Assembly (NCBI GenBank): GCA_964540055.1
Contig: CAZILC010000003.1
Location: 21,599-85,598, forward strand
Reading direction: 5' to 3'
From: an uncultured Gammaproteobacteria bacterium
Lineage (GTDB): Bacteria > Patescibacteriota > Microgenomatia > Levybacterales > UBA12049
DNA: 64,000 bases
Made by a program: the position numbers and the translations under genes. A model generated the notes under the pieces. It was not told where the DNA came from. It saw only the letters and a list, made by a program, of their open reading frames with translations, and did no database searches. Below are positions 30,051-38,552 of this stretch, piece by piece. How positions within the stretch are numbered: the first letter of the stretch is position 1; each line of letters opens with the position of its first letter.

Positions 30051-31001
30051 TTAAAAATTAATCGGTCCCACGTGTGGAAAGCCCGGCGGACGATCTGGGT
30101 TGAGGGCACCTTTGGCTATACTTTCTCTGATCGCGATTGCTCGTGCATGCTTTTCAACCTGGTTTAAGCCCTCTTGTGTGACCACACGGGACTTATTTCT
30201 TGACAACCGTGCATACATCACGTCTCTTATTCGAGTAACTCTGTCTACCATCGCATCGCTTAAAAAATCCTCTTTTCGCATAAAGACAGAGACGTCATAA
30301 TCGGTAACACCAGGAACTTTATATGTTTCATCAAGCATTTGTTGGATTGCTTGAGGATCGGATACGAGCTCTTTCTCACCTGTGTTCAGTAATGTCTCCC
30401 CCCCGTACGGATGAAAGCCAAGTCTATTTACGGCAAATTTTGCGAGCGTCGGGTTTGTTGTTCCTTCAATAAGCTCCGGCATTTCTTTCACGCGGCTCCT
30501 TTTTCTATATCCTTTTATTGTTCGTATCAGATCGACACTGCCTAAAAACATTGCTTCTTGGGCATGTTCATCCTGTTTTGTACTTACTGCGAATGGCTCG
30601 AAATGTAAATCGATAAATTTATCACCCTTTTTAAGATCTACTGCATAGCTCGGGTCTTTGATATCGCTAACACGATCATTTTTGCCGGTGACATACATGC
30701 TCAGGTTCACTGCGCCGACTGTTCCAAAGGTTGCAAGTTTGTGCATTTTTCTCAGTCGGTCTAAATCAAGGGTAGATAAGACAGAATAGAGACCTTCCGG
30801 ATCATCTTTATTAACACCAAGTGAATCAAGCTCTCGCCTGAGTGTTCTTCGATTAAGTGCTAGTTGAATTTCTTTACGAATCCCGCTTTGTACCTTCAAC
30901 CTCGGCACCTCTGCCTCCGTTTTAACAACAACTTCCCCTTCTGACATCCCGGCACCTTCCACCATACTTTTTAGTGTAATAGGTTTGGAGGCATTTAACA
31001 A
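30051..31001 (-). CDS. Hypothetical protein, 316 aa.
   Basis: ORF track; Arg/Asp/Glu-rich; no motifs recognised. Confidence 0.45.
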   Translation of the reverse strand: MLNASKPITLKSMVEGAGMSEGEVVVKTEAEVPRLKVQSGIRKEIQLALNRRTLRRELDSLGVNKDDPEGLYSVLSTLDLDRLRKMHKLATFGTVGAVNLSMYVTGKNDRVSDIKDPSYAVDLKKGDKFIDLHFEPFAVSTKQDEHAQEAMFLGSVDLIRTIKGYRKRSRVKEMPELIEGTTNPTLAKFAVNRLGFHPYGGETLLNTGEKELVSDPQAIQQMLDETYKVPGVTDYDVSVFMRKEDFLSDAMVDRVTRIRDVMYARLSRNKSRVVTQEGLNQVEKHARAIAIRESIAKGALNPDRPPGFPHVGPINF

Positions 31002-31041
31002 TCTGTGGAGTGGTTTACAGTTCCAACTAAGTACCTGTTAA

Positions 31042-31070
31042 CCACAAAAAAGCTCCCGTTCGGGAGCTCT
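31042..31070 (-). terminator. Rho-independent terminator downstream of the cold-shock gene.
   Basis: Perfect hairpin GAGCTCCCG-TTCG-CGGGAGCTC at 31051-31069, followed on the minus strand by TTTTTTGTGG. Confidence 0.6.
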
Positions 31071-31089
31071 TTGTAGACACGGAAATGTC

Positions 31090-31287
31090 TTATTCCCGTG
31101 TAATGTTTTTGGCACTTGGGCCACGATCTCCGTTGACTACTTCAAAAGTGACGGTGTCACCGGTTTGTAGTTCATCAAAGGTTACACCTTTTAAATCATT
31201 AGCATGAAAAAAGAGGTCTTTTGATTCGCCTTCTCGGCTGATGAATCCAAACCCTTTATCCATTTTAGTTTTAATAGTTCCTTTCAT
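31090..31287 (-). CDS. cspA: Cold-shock protein (CspA family, cold-shock domain).
   Basis: KGTIKTKMDKGFGFISREG...DLFFHANDL are the RNP1/RNP2 motifs; 65 aa. Confidence 0.92.
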   Translation of the reverse strand: MKGTIKTKMDKGFGFISREGESKDLFFHANDLKGVTFDELQTGDTVTFEVVNGDRGPSAKNITRE

Positions 31288-31564
31288 AGAAATGTCTCTC
31301 CTTTCTTAGAACGATTATACCAAAAAAATTACAAAAGATGAATGAACCTTGTTACTTTGGTATATGCTTTTAAATATTATTTACATCTCACCTTTTTGTG
31401 ACACTTTTCTATTACACTATTTTTTTATTGCATATATAATATAATAACTATAAAATGCGCGGAATCTATCCTGCTTGACAATTACTACAGGATGTAATAT
31501 ACTTGAGTTTCATAATTTATTTACTAGTTTCTCTGGCTGCGATTAGTTAATAAATACCAAAAAC
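31288..31564. promoter_or_regulatory. AT-rich divergent intergenic region: the csp promoter with a long 5' leader, and the promoter for the 31565 gene.
   Basis: 277 bp at about 25% GC between divergent genes. Csp genes classically have long structured 5' UTRs. Confidence 0.3.
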
Positions 31565-33385
31565 ATGGCATTAAAAGAACACAGTCAAGTTCCTTCTGGT
31601 ATGTCACTTTCTCCAGAAAGTGGTACCGGTGGTCGTCGCAATCGCGGACGTCATAGACGCTCGGGTAGTTTCGTTCCTAATTTAAGGTTATTTCAAAGAT
31701 CTGAGCATAAAATTACCGGTCAAACAGATACTCCCAAACCTCCAAAGTATAATATACTTAACGTAACAAGCTTGTTTGATGCTAATGTTGCGGGCGGAGC
31801 TGTTCCGACTATTGCATCTGCAGAAATATCACAGAGTCCTGATTCTCAAAAACCGCAACATGATTCTTTAGAAACATTGTTAGCATCTTCACCGCAAGAT
31901 AGATATCGTGCTTTTGCTGAACATCCGCAAAGACTTCATTTTTTCCTTTCTGCTGTTGTCCCAAGATTACTTGATATGACTGAGGAAAATCAAGCTGGAC
32001 ATACTTCTGGAGATAAATGGAAATATTTTGCGGGTTTGACTGAAGCATATTCTATAGTTGAAGCAATTCCAGATCTTGATGGAAGGTTAGATGCTGTTGC
32101 TCAATCTAACAGAGCAAATGGTGAGCAGCTTTGGCTTATTGAAGATGCAATGCCTTCAATTGAGGAAGATAAAAGAAGAATCTTTGCTGAAACTGAAGAT
32201 TTTGGTGCACAGGAAATGCAGCCTCTTATAAGTCAATCAAAAAGAGCTGTTGAAGACCAATTAGGACAACTTAATATTAGACTTGAAGTAGAAAAACAGG
32301 CACCGCCATCCCCTCTCGTAAAAGATCTCGCTCAAATGAATGCTATGATTCAAATATTTAGAGCAGATGGTTTTGAACATGTTACAGATCATCGAGAATT
32401 AGCAGAACTACAGCAGGATACAGATTCTACTACAAATTCTAAAAAAAGAATTCGAAGAAAAGAAAAGAAAGAAATTATTAATCGGCATATTGATGGATTA
32501 TTGAGTGCATATGTTGTTTCAACCGGTAAAGTAGCCGAAGATGATATAGAAGTTTTGCCATACTATCGAGAACGATTTACTCAATTGCAAACAAAAATTG
32601 AAGCTAGTAATGTACATCTTGAAGAAGAATTACCTGATTATACGCGTGCTCAACAGATCCGGGAGATTATTACAGCAGTAAATAATTTTGACAGATTTAC
32701 AAAAACAGCAACCATTGAAAAAGAATCCGGTATAACAGAAGCCGTAAAAAGGGATTCAAATAGTGCTAGAAAGAGAGAAAATGCAATAAGTTGGGGTTAT
32801 GCAGGAGCAGTTGAACTTCCTCAGGTTGCTAGTGGTTGGGTAGGAGGAAGTGTTGTGCATATCACAGGAGTACGTGATTTATTAGCTCTTGGTATCATTG
32901 CAGGAAGTACAAGACTTGCTTCTTTGGGTATTCTTGCTTTAAAAGGAATACAAAATGAAGGTCTGGTTACTAAAACTGGTGTTGCAACGGATCCGGGTTC
33001 AAAGTGGTCAAAGGAACATCTGGGTAAGGCTTGGCCGGGATTTGTGGCATTTAATGGCGTTATTGAATTGCTTTTCCTTGGAGATGCAGCTTTAGGACTT
33101 CCCGGGCTGGGTATGGCTGGGGCTCTTGCTATCGAAGCTTCTACTAATTTGTCACCTTGGGGCTTACCCAGACAAATACTAGAAGTGACGGGTATCAAAA
33201 AAGTGAAAGATCGAAAAAAGAAGGAAAAAGTTGGAGACCATATAGTGTCATTTAATTTGCCTGCAATTCAAAGAAACGATTCAGATCCTACTATGACTGA
33301 GATACCAGATCAAAGCGATCCCCCTTTACCCAATTCAATAGTTATGCAACCGGGTGAAGAAGTAAGATTATTGGAACCGGTTTAA
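31565..33385 (+). CDS. Hypothetical 606-aa protein with an Arg-rich N-terminus and a C-terminal Gly-zipper-like hydrophobic region.
   Basis: N-terminal GGRRNRGRHRRSGSF. The C-terminus carries GxxxG-rich amphipathic segments (ALGIIAGSTRLASLGILALKG, LGLPGLGMAGALAIEAS). Confidence 0.5.
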   Translation: MALKEHSQVPSGMSLSPESGTGGRRNRGRHRRSGSFVPNLRLFQRSEHKITGQTDTPKPPKYNILNVTSLFDANVAGGAVPTIASAEISQSPDSQKPQHDSLETLLASSPQDRYRAFAEHPQRLHFFLSAVVPRLLDMTEENQAGHTSGDKWKYFAGLTEAYSIVEAIPDLDGRLDAVAQSNRANGEQLWLIEDAMPSIEEDKRRIFAETEDFGAQEMQPLISQSKRAVEDQLGQLNIRLEVEKQAPPSPLVKDLAQMNAMIQIFRADGFEHVTDHRELAELQQDTDSTTNSKKRIRRKEKKEIINRHIDGLLSAYVVSTGKVAEDDIEVLPYYRERFTQLQTKIEASNVHLEEELPDYTRAQQIREIITAVNNFDRFTKTATIEKESGITEAVKRDSNSARKRENAISWGYAGAVELPQVASGWVGGSVVHITGVRDLLALGIIAGSTRLASLGILALKGIQNEGLVTKTGVATDPGSKWSKEHLGKAWPGFVAFNGVIELLFLGDAALGLPGLGMAGALAIEASTNLSPWGLPRQILEVTGIKKVKDRKKKEKVGDHIVSFNLPAIQRNDSDPTMTEIPDQSDPPLPNSIVMQPGEEVRLLEPV

Positions 33386-33572
33386 GGTCGGGTTTTTGTC
33401 AAGTTTCTTGATAAGATTAAATATAAGATACCAAAGAACTTTAGGAAATTATTATTAGATACTATATAATTCCTCATATGGTGGCATAAAGTACTTTTAG
33501 TGAGCTTATTCAAATTCATTTATAGAACGACCAGATTGACTTTCTTTTAGACTTATAGTATAATAATTATTT

Positions 33573-34568
33573 ATGGCACCTGAAATTCGTAAACCAAGTA
33601 GTCGATTCAGAGCTTTTAGAATTTCTGGCTCACGAGGGCCAGATGCTTCTAGTGGTCCTAACAATTTTCCGCTTGCTGCAGAAACTTCAAGCGACGGCAA
33701 TGCTGCTGGTCATCGAAGACGTCCCTTTGCAACTTTAGCAGAAGGTTTACAAGTGCCAATATTTCATAGAAGTAGTTTCCGTCCCCTTCGTGGCTCAAGA
33801 AGAGAAAGTGATCCATCGAAAGACAAAGTACAACAGCTTCGATTAAAGGATGGAAGAAGTGTAGAAGCAGAAGCTGTTATTGAAGGCAGAATCTGGAGAG
33901 TAGATCTACGACAACTTCTCGCTGATAAAAACCCGGATTGGCAGGCTGAAGTAACACGAGTTGCACAAGAAGCCCCAGACGTGTCTTTTCGTGGCGGGGA
34001 TGTCGGAACTTCTGCTGAAGCAGCTGATTTTGTAACGCAATATCAACCAACCACTGGTGATGTAATTGCCGAAAGATTACCCTGGTACCTCGAGCTGGTT
34101 CAGAACGAATTCACTGAAGTAGGAAAAATGTTAAGTGGAGACCCGTCATTACATCTAGGAGATGATTTGGAACATTCCTTAAATTTCAACTATACGCGTG
34201 GTCGAAGACCAGGTGAAAAAACGGGACGTAGGTATGAAAAACATAAGGATCGTAATCCATGGACTATGCTGACCGCGATACTTACTGTCAAGGAAGGTTT
34301 AGGTGGTAAAACCAATTTCTTTAAAACTGTTAAATCCCGTATAACAGGTAAAGAAAGATATAAGACAATAGCTTCATTGCGACCTGAAGCAGGATATGGT
34401 GTCTTCTTTAACGGTCATACAGTTCATAGTGTAGAAGAATACCTAGGAATGGAAGATGTTCACGGTCCACGACTTGTTAATCCAGCTGATATGTATACAG
34501 ACGCTATTCCACAAACAGTAGATAAAGGATTTAATAATACTATCTTGAAACCCCAAGATGGTAAGTAA
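33573..34568 (+). CDS. Hypothetical 331-aa protein with an Arg-rich N-terminus.
   Basis: N-terminal RKPSSRFRAFRISGSRGPD...GHRRRPF; no motifs recognised. Confidence 0.5.
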   Translation: MAPEIRKPSSRFRAFRISGSRGPDASSGPNNFPLAAETSSDGNAAGHRRRPFATLAEGLQVPIFHRSSFRPLRGSRRESDPSKDKVQQLRLKDGRSVEAEAVIEGRIWRVDLRQLLADKNPDWQAEVTRVAQEAPDVSFRGGDVGTSAEAADFVTQYQPTTGDVIAERLPWYLELVQNEFTEVGKMLSGDPSLHLGDDLEHSLNFNYTRGRRPGEKTGRRYEKHKDRNPWTMLTAILTVKEGLGGKTNFFKTVKSRITGKERYKTIASLRPEAGYGVFFNGHTVHSVEEYLGMEDVHGPRLVNPADMYTDAIPQTVDKGFNNTILKPQDGK

Positions 34569-34572
34569 ACAC

Positions 34573-34601
34573 TTGACAAACAGTTCTGAATTGGTAATCA
34601 T
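34573..34601 (+). promoter_or_regulatory. Putative sigma70-type promoter of the first solute-binding-protein gene.
   Basis: Perfect -35 TTGACA (34573-34578), then 17 nt, then TAATCA. The second copy has TTGACA at 37491-37496, then 17 nt, then GATTAT. Confidence 0.3.
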
Positions 34602-34629
34602 GAATATACTATAGTATTTTCATAATTCC

Positions 34630-35544
34630 ATGGAAGAACAAGCAACATCATCCCCTTCCGTAACTCCACCACCTGATACTAGTGCTCAGGAACCTGCTCA
34701 ATCTCATTCGCCTACTCCCCCATCTCAATCAGCTCCCAAACATTCTAAAAATCGTTTTATTTGGATCTTTGTCCTTATTGTATTTTTCTTAGGCTTTCTT
34801 GCAGTTGCAGCCTGGTATTTCCAGAATCAACTTCAGAAAACCGCGTTGGAAAATAAGCCGACAACTGAAGCTCCTGCAGCGATGTCTCCAAAAGAATTGA
34901 TAATCGGTACCGATCCAACATTACCTCCTATGGAATTTCTTCAGAATGGTAAATTTGTCGGATATGATATCGATTTGGCGAACTTGCTGGCCAAACAAAT
35001 GGGCGTAAAAGTCGAATTCAAAAATGTAGTTTTCGACAATATCTTCAGCGCTCTTCAGGATCATCAGATCGACCTTATCGTCTCAGCTGTTACCATAACG
35101 CCAGACAGACAGGCAAAATATGATTTTTCGGAGCAATATCTTAATGCAGGACAAGTAATTATTACAAGAAAAGACAATACAACAATTACCAGCGTTAAAG
35201 ATCTTCAGGGAAAGAAAATTGGTGTCCAAAAAGGAACTACCAATGAAACCCAAGCACTTAAGTATACTTCCTCAACATTAGTTATTCGATATCCAGATTT
35301 TGTCCAGGCAACAAAAGCGCTTGTGAATGGTCAGGTCGATGCCATATTTGATGATTTACCAAGCTCCAAAGGAATCACGCAAGACAATCCAACACTTAAG
35401 ATCGCGAGTGATCCATTTACCGATGAATATTATGGTATTGTTTTTAGAAAAGGCGATCCGGAAGTCAAAGAAGTAAATAAAGCACTTGATGCACTCCGTG
35501 TACGAGGCTATCTCACAGAATTAAAGAATAAATGGCTTGATTAA
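34630..35544 (+). CDS. Membrane-anchored family-3 solute-binding protein (polar amino-acid type), copy 1.
   Basis: P/S/T-rich N-terminus plus a TM anchor, then an SBP_bac_3 fold (GTDPTLPPMEF...GYDIDLANLLAK...LIVSAVTITPDRQ...GVQKGTT). No ABC permease or ATPase genes are adjacent. Confidence 0.8.
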   Translation: MEEQATSSPSVTPPPDTSAQEPAQSHSPTPPSQSAPKHSKNRFIWIFVLIVFFLGFLAVAAWYFQNQLQKTALENKPTTEAPAAMSPKELIIGTDPTLPPMEFLQNGKFVGYDIDLANLLAKQMGVKVEFKNVVFDNIFSALQDHQIDLIVSAVTITPDRQAKYDFSEQYLNAGQVIITRKDNTTITSVKDLQGKKIGVQKGTTNETQALKYTSSTLVIRYPDFVQATKALVNGQVDAIFDDLPSSKGITQDNPTLKIASDPFTDEYYGIVFRKGDPEVKEVNKALDALRVRGYLTELKNKWLD

Positions 35545-35562
35545 AGTCGCTTGTAAAAATGA

Positions 35563-37464
35563 ATGAAATTTTCAATCCGAACTAAACTGCTCATTGGGTT
35601 CGCAACCCTTCTCGTCTTATCTATAATCTTTCAAGTATTTACTTTTGCAATTATTAATCAATATGTTTCTTCTCAAATTACCACATTGCAGGAAGTTGAA
35701 GCCAATAACGGGGCAACTGATATATTAAATTTTTTTACAAAACTTAACAATGAAAGTCTCGGGCTTGCAATAGGATATAGTCAGGGTCTTGAACAGTTTG
35801 AAACAGTTGCAAAAATTACCCTTAAAAAAAATAATTATATTACAAAAATTACTATCCTCTCCCCTCTCGGTCATGAATTAGTTGGTTTTGATGCAAACGG
35901 CAAGATTTTACAAGACAAACTTTCATATGAAGTATTTACCTCACCATTCAAAACGGCGGTTTCCGGGACCCCAACAATTTCGCAAGTGTATTATTTGCCA
36001 AATGATCCGGGCCCGCTTATTGATACGTTTTATCCGATTTTTGATGCTCGGCACATGGTTATCGGTGTCGTTAAAATGCGGGTAAATTTGGACCAATTGC
36101 GAAGTGAACTCGCCCATATTCGTTTGGGTCATAACGGGTATATTTATGTTGTTGATAGTAATGGGCTTCTTATTTCGCACCCATCTCAAGCGTATGTACT
36201 GCAAAGACCGATTCTCTCAAACCGCAATGTCATTGCTGATGCGTTATCTAATTCATCTCCCACCTTTAGGGCAGAAGAATACACCAATGAACAGAATACA
36301 TCAGTTATTGCAAAAGCCATCAAAATTTCAGATTATAATTGGGTTGCGGTTTTTGAACAACCTACCTCTGAAGCATTTAGTTTCTTAACTCTCATTAGGA
36401 ATTTCTTTTTGATTACTTTTGGAATTTCTACATTTTTCCTGATATTGATTGCGCTTTATTTGAGTGAAAATTTGAGTCGCCCAATTAGAAAATTACAGCA
36501 CTCAGCAGAGCAGGTAGAAAGCGGCCTCATGCAAAAAATACTTATCATTAGAAGTGGTGATGAAATTGAATCATTATCGCATTCTTTCGCTTCACTCATT
36601 GACCAACTACTTGAAAGAGAGCATCTTTTGGAGAAAATTTCCACGCAATTGCGAGATGCAAACGAAAAATTAAAAGCTCTAGACAAGCTCAAAAATGAAT
36701 TCGTGTCTGTCGCTTCTCATGAACTTCGTACGCCAATGACTGCTATCAAATCCTATCTCTGGCTTGCATTGGAAGGGAAAGGCGGTAAGCTTAATGATAA
36801 ACAACAATATTATATTTCACGCGGATATAGTTCAGTTGATAGATTAATCAGGCTTGTAAATGATATGCTCAATATCTCACGTATCGAATCAGGTCGTATC
36901 TCAATAGTTTTTGCCTCAACCGATCTCATCAAATTAGTACAGGAAGTAATTGATGAAGTGCTTCCTCGCGCAAAGGAATTAGAAATTGCAGTTGAAGTCC
37001 ATAAACCATCCCAGCTGCCACACGTTCTCGCCGATCCGGATAAAATAAAAGAGGTACTTATCAATCTTATTGGAAACTCACTCAAATTTACTCCCAAAGA
37101 AGGCAAAATTACGATTGATTTTGTCAAAAAAGGTGCATTTGTCCAGACGCGGGTTAAAGATACAGGTGCGGGTATTACGGCTGAGGACAAAGATAAGCTT
37201 TTTCAGAAATTCGGACTCCTTCCTGGATCATATATTACCAATCAAACGAGTACCCATCTGGGGACAGGACTGGGATTGTATATCTGCCGTGCGATTATTG
37301 ATCTGCATCATGGAGAAATCAAGGCGGAATCAGAAGGTCGCAGCAAAGGTTCAACGTTTTCTTTCACTCTCAAGGAATTTAATGAATCGGATTTCCAGAC
37401 GCTTAAGAAACAAAATAATGAAGAGGATAAAGACTCGATGGAATTGATACACGCAAATATTTAA
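35563..37464 (+). CDS. Sensor histidine kinase with a periplasmic Cache-like domain, copy 1.
   Basis: TM1 at about aa 8-30, a roughly 250-aa extracytoplasmic domain, TM2, a HAMP-like linker, the HisKA H-box SHELRTPMTAIKSY and HATPase_c boxes (LIGNSLKFT, DTGAGI, GTGLGL). Confidence 0.9.
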   Translation: MKFSIRTKLLIGFATLLVLSIIFQVFTFAIINQYVSSQITTLQEVEANNGATDILNFFTKLNNESLGLAIGYSQGLEQFETVAKITLKKNNYITKITILSPLGHELVGFDANGKILQDKLSYEVFTSPFKTAVSGTPTISQVYYLPNDPGPLIDTFYPIFDARHMVIGVVKMRVNLDQLRSELAHIRLGHNGYIYVVDSNGLLISHPSQAYVLQRPILSNRNVIADALSNSSPTFRAEEYTNEQNTSVIAKAIKISDYNWVAVFEQPTSEAFSFLTLIRNFFLITFGISTFFLILIALYLSENLSRPIRKLQHSAEQVESGLMQKILIIRSGDEIESLSHSFASLIDQLLEREHLLEKISTQLRDANEKLKALDKLKNEFVSVASHELRTPMTAIKSYLWLALEGKGGKLNDKQQYYISRGYSSVDRLIRLVNDMLNISRIESGRISIVFASTDLIKLVQEVIDEVLPRAKELEIAVEVHKPSQLPHVLADPDKIKEVLINLIGNSLKFTPKEGKITIDFVKKGAFVQTRVKDTGAGITAEDKDKLFQKFGLLPGSYITNQTSTHLGTGLGLYICRAIIDLHHGEIKAESEGRSKGSTFSFTLKEFNESDFQTLKKQNNEEDKDSMELIHANI

Positions 37465-37544
37465 TGTTTTTTGTAATAATGACTCTTGTATTGACAAAAA
37501 AATGTGAATAATCGATTATTAAGATAGAGTTATTTTTTTATACT

Positions 37545-38534
37545 ATGGATCAGCAAAATCAATCATCACCACCGCAAAATCCACCTCAAGATTCCAGTAT
37601 GCCGTCAAATCAACCAGCTACGCCTGTTCCTCCTCCTCCATCTCCTACTCCAGGAATGCCAACTGATCCATCTTCATCCTCTCCAACGCCTACCCCTGCT
37701 TCTTCTGTGCCCCCAGCTATACCACCAAAACATTCAGGAAGCAAATTACCTTGGATAATTTTGCTCATTATCTTATTTATCGGTTTTCTCGGTCTTGCGA
37801 CGTGGTACTTTCATTCACAATTACAAAATCTAGTAGGACCAACGCCAACACCCTCGCAATCTGCGGCAAACACACAATCAAAAACACTTGTTATAGGAAC
37901 TGACCCTACTTTTCAGCCAATGGAGTACAAACAAGATGGGAAAGTGGTTGGATATGATATTGATCTGGCTAATTTGATTGCAAAGCAACTTGGAGATAAA
38001 GTTACTTTTAAAAATATCACGTTTGACAATCTCTTTACCGCGCTGCAGCAGCATCAAATTGATATGATTATATCTGCCGTAACAATTACACCAGAAAGGC
38101 AGAAAAAGTATGCTTTCTCCAAAGAATATCTCAATGCAGGACAAGTAATTATTACCCAGCAAGCAAATACTGTCATTAAATCCCCGACTGATCTCAAAGG
38201 TAAAAAAATTGGTGTGCAGCAAGGAACGACTGATGAGTCCGAAGCGCTTAAATATACTGACGCCAATCTTGTGATCAAATATCCGGATTTTGTTCAGGCA
38301 ACAAAGGCCTTGGTTAGCGGAACTGTTGATGCGATCATAACAGATTTACCCAGTGCACAAGGAATTGTTGGTACAAATCCTACACTTAAAATTGCAAGTG
38401 ATCCATTTACCAATGATTATTATGGCATTGTGTTTAGAAAGGGAGATCCTGAGGTTGAACAAGTCAACAAAGCTCTTGATTCACTCAGTGTTAGAGGCTA
38501 CCTGACAGAACTCAAGCATAAATGGTTAGATTAA
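37545..38534 (+). CDS. Family-3 solute-binding protein, copy 2 (paralog of 34630..35544).
   Basis: Roughly 70% aa identity to copy 1 across the SBP fold, with the same anchor architecture. Confidence 0.8.
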   Translation: MDQQNQSSPPQNPPQDSSMPSNQPATPVPPPPSPTPGMPTDPSSSSPTPTPASSVPPAIPPKHSGSKLPWIILLIILFIGFLGLATWYFHSQLQNLVGPTPTPSQSAANTQSKTLVIGTDPTFQPMEYKQDGKVVGYDIDLANLIAKQLGDKVTFKNITFDNLFTALQQHQIDMIISAVTITPERQKKYAFSKEYLNAGQVIITQQANTVIKSPTDLKGKKIGVQQGTTDESEALKYTDANLVIKYPDFVQATKALVSGTVDAIITDLPSAQGIVGTNPTLKIASDPFTNDYYGIVFRKGDPEVEQVNKALDSLSVRGYLTELKHKWLD

Positions 38535-38552
38535 AGCAACATTGAAAAATGA

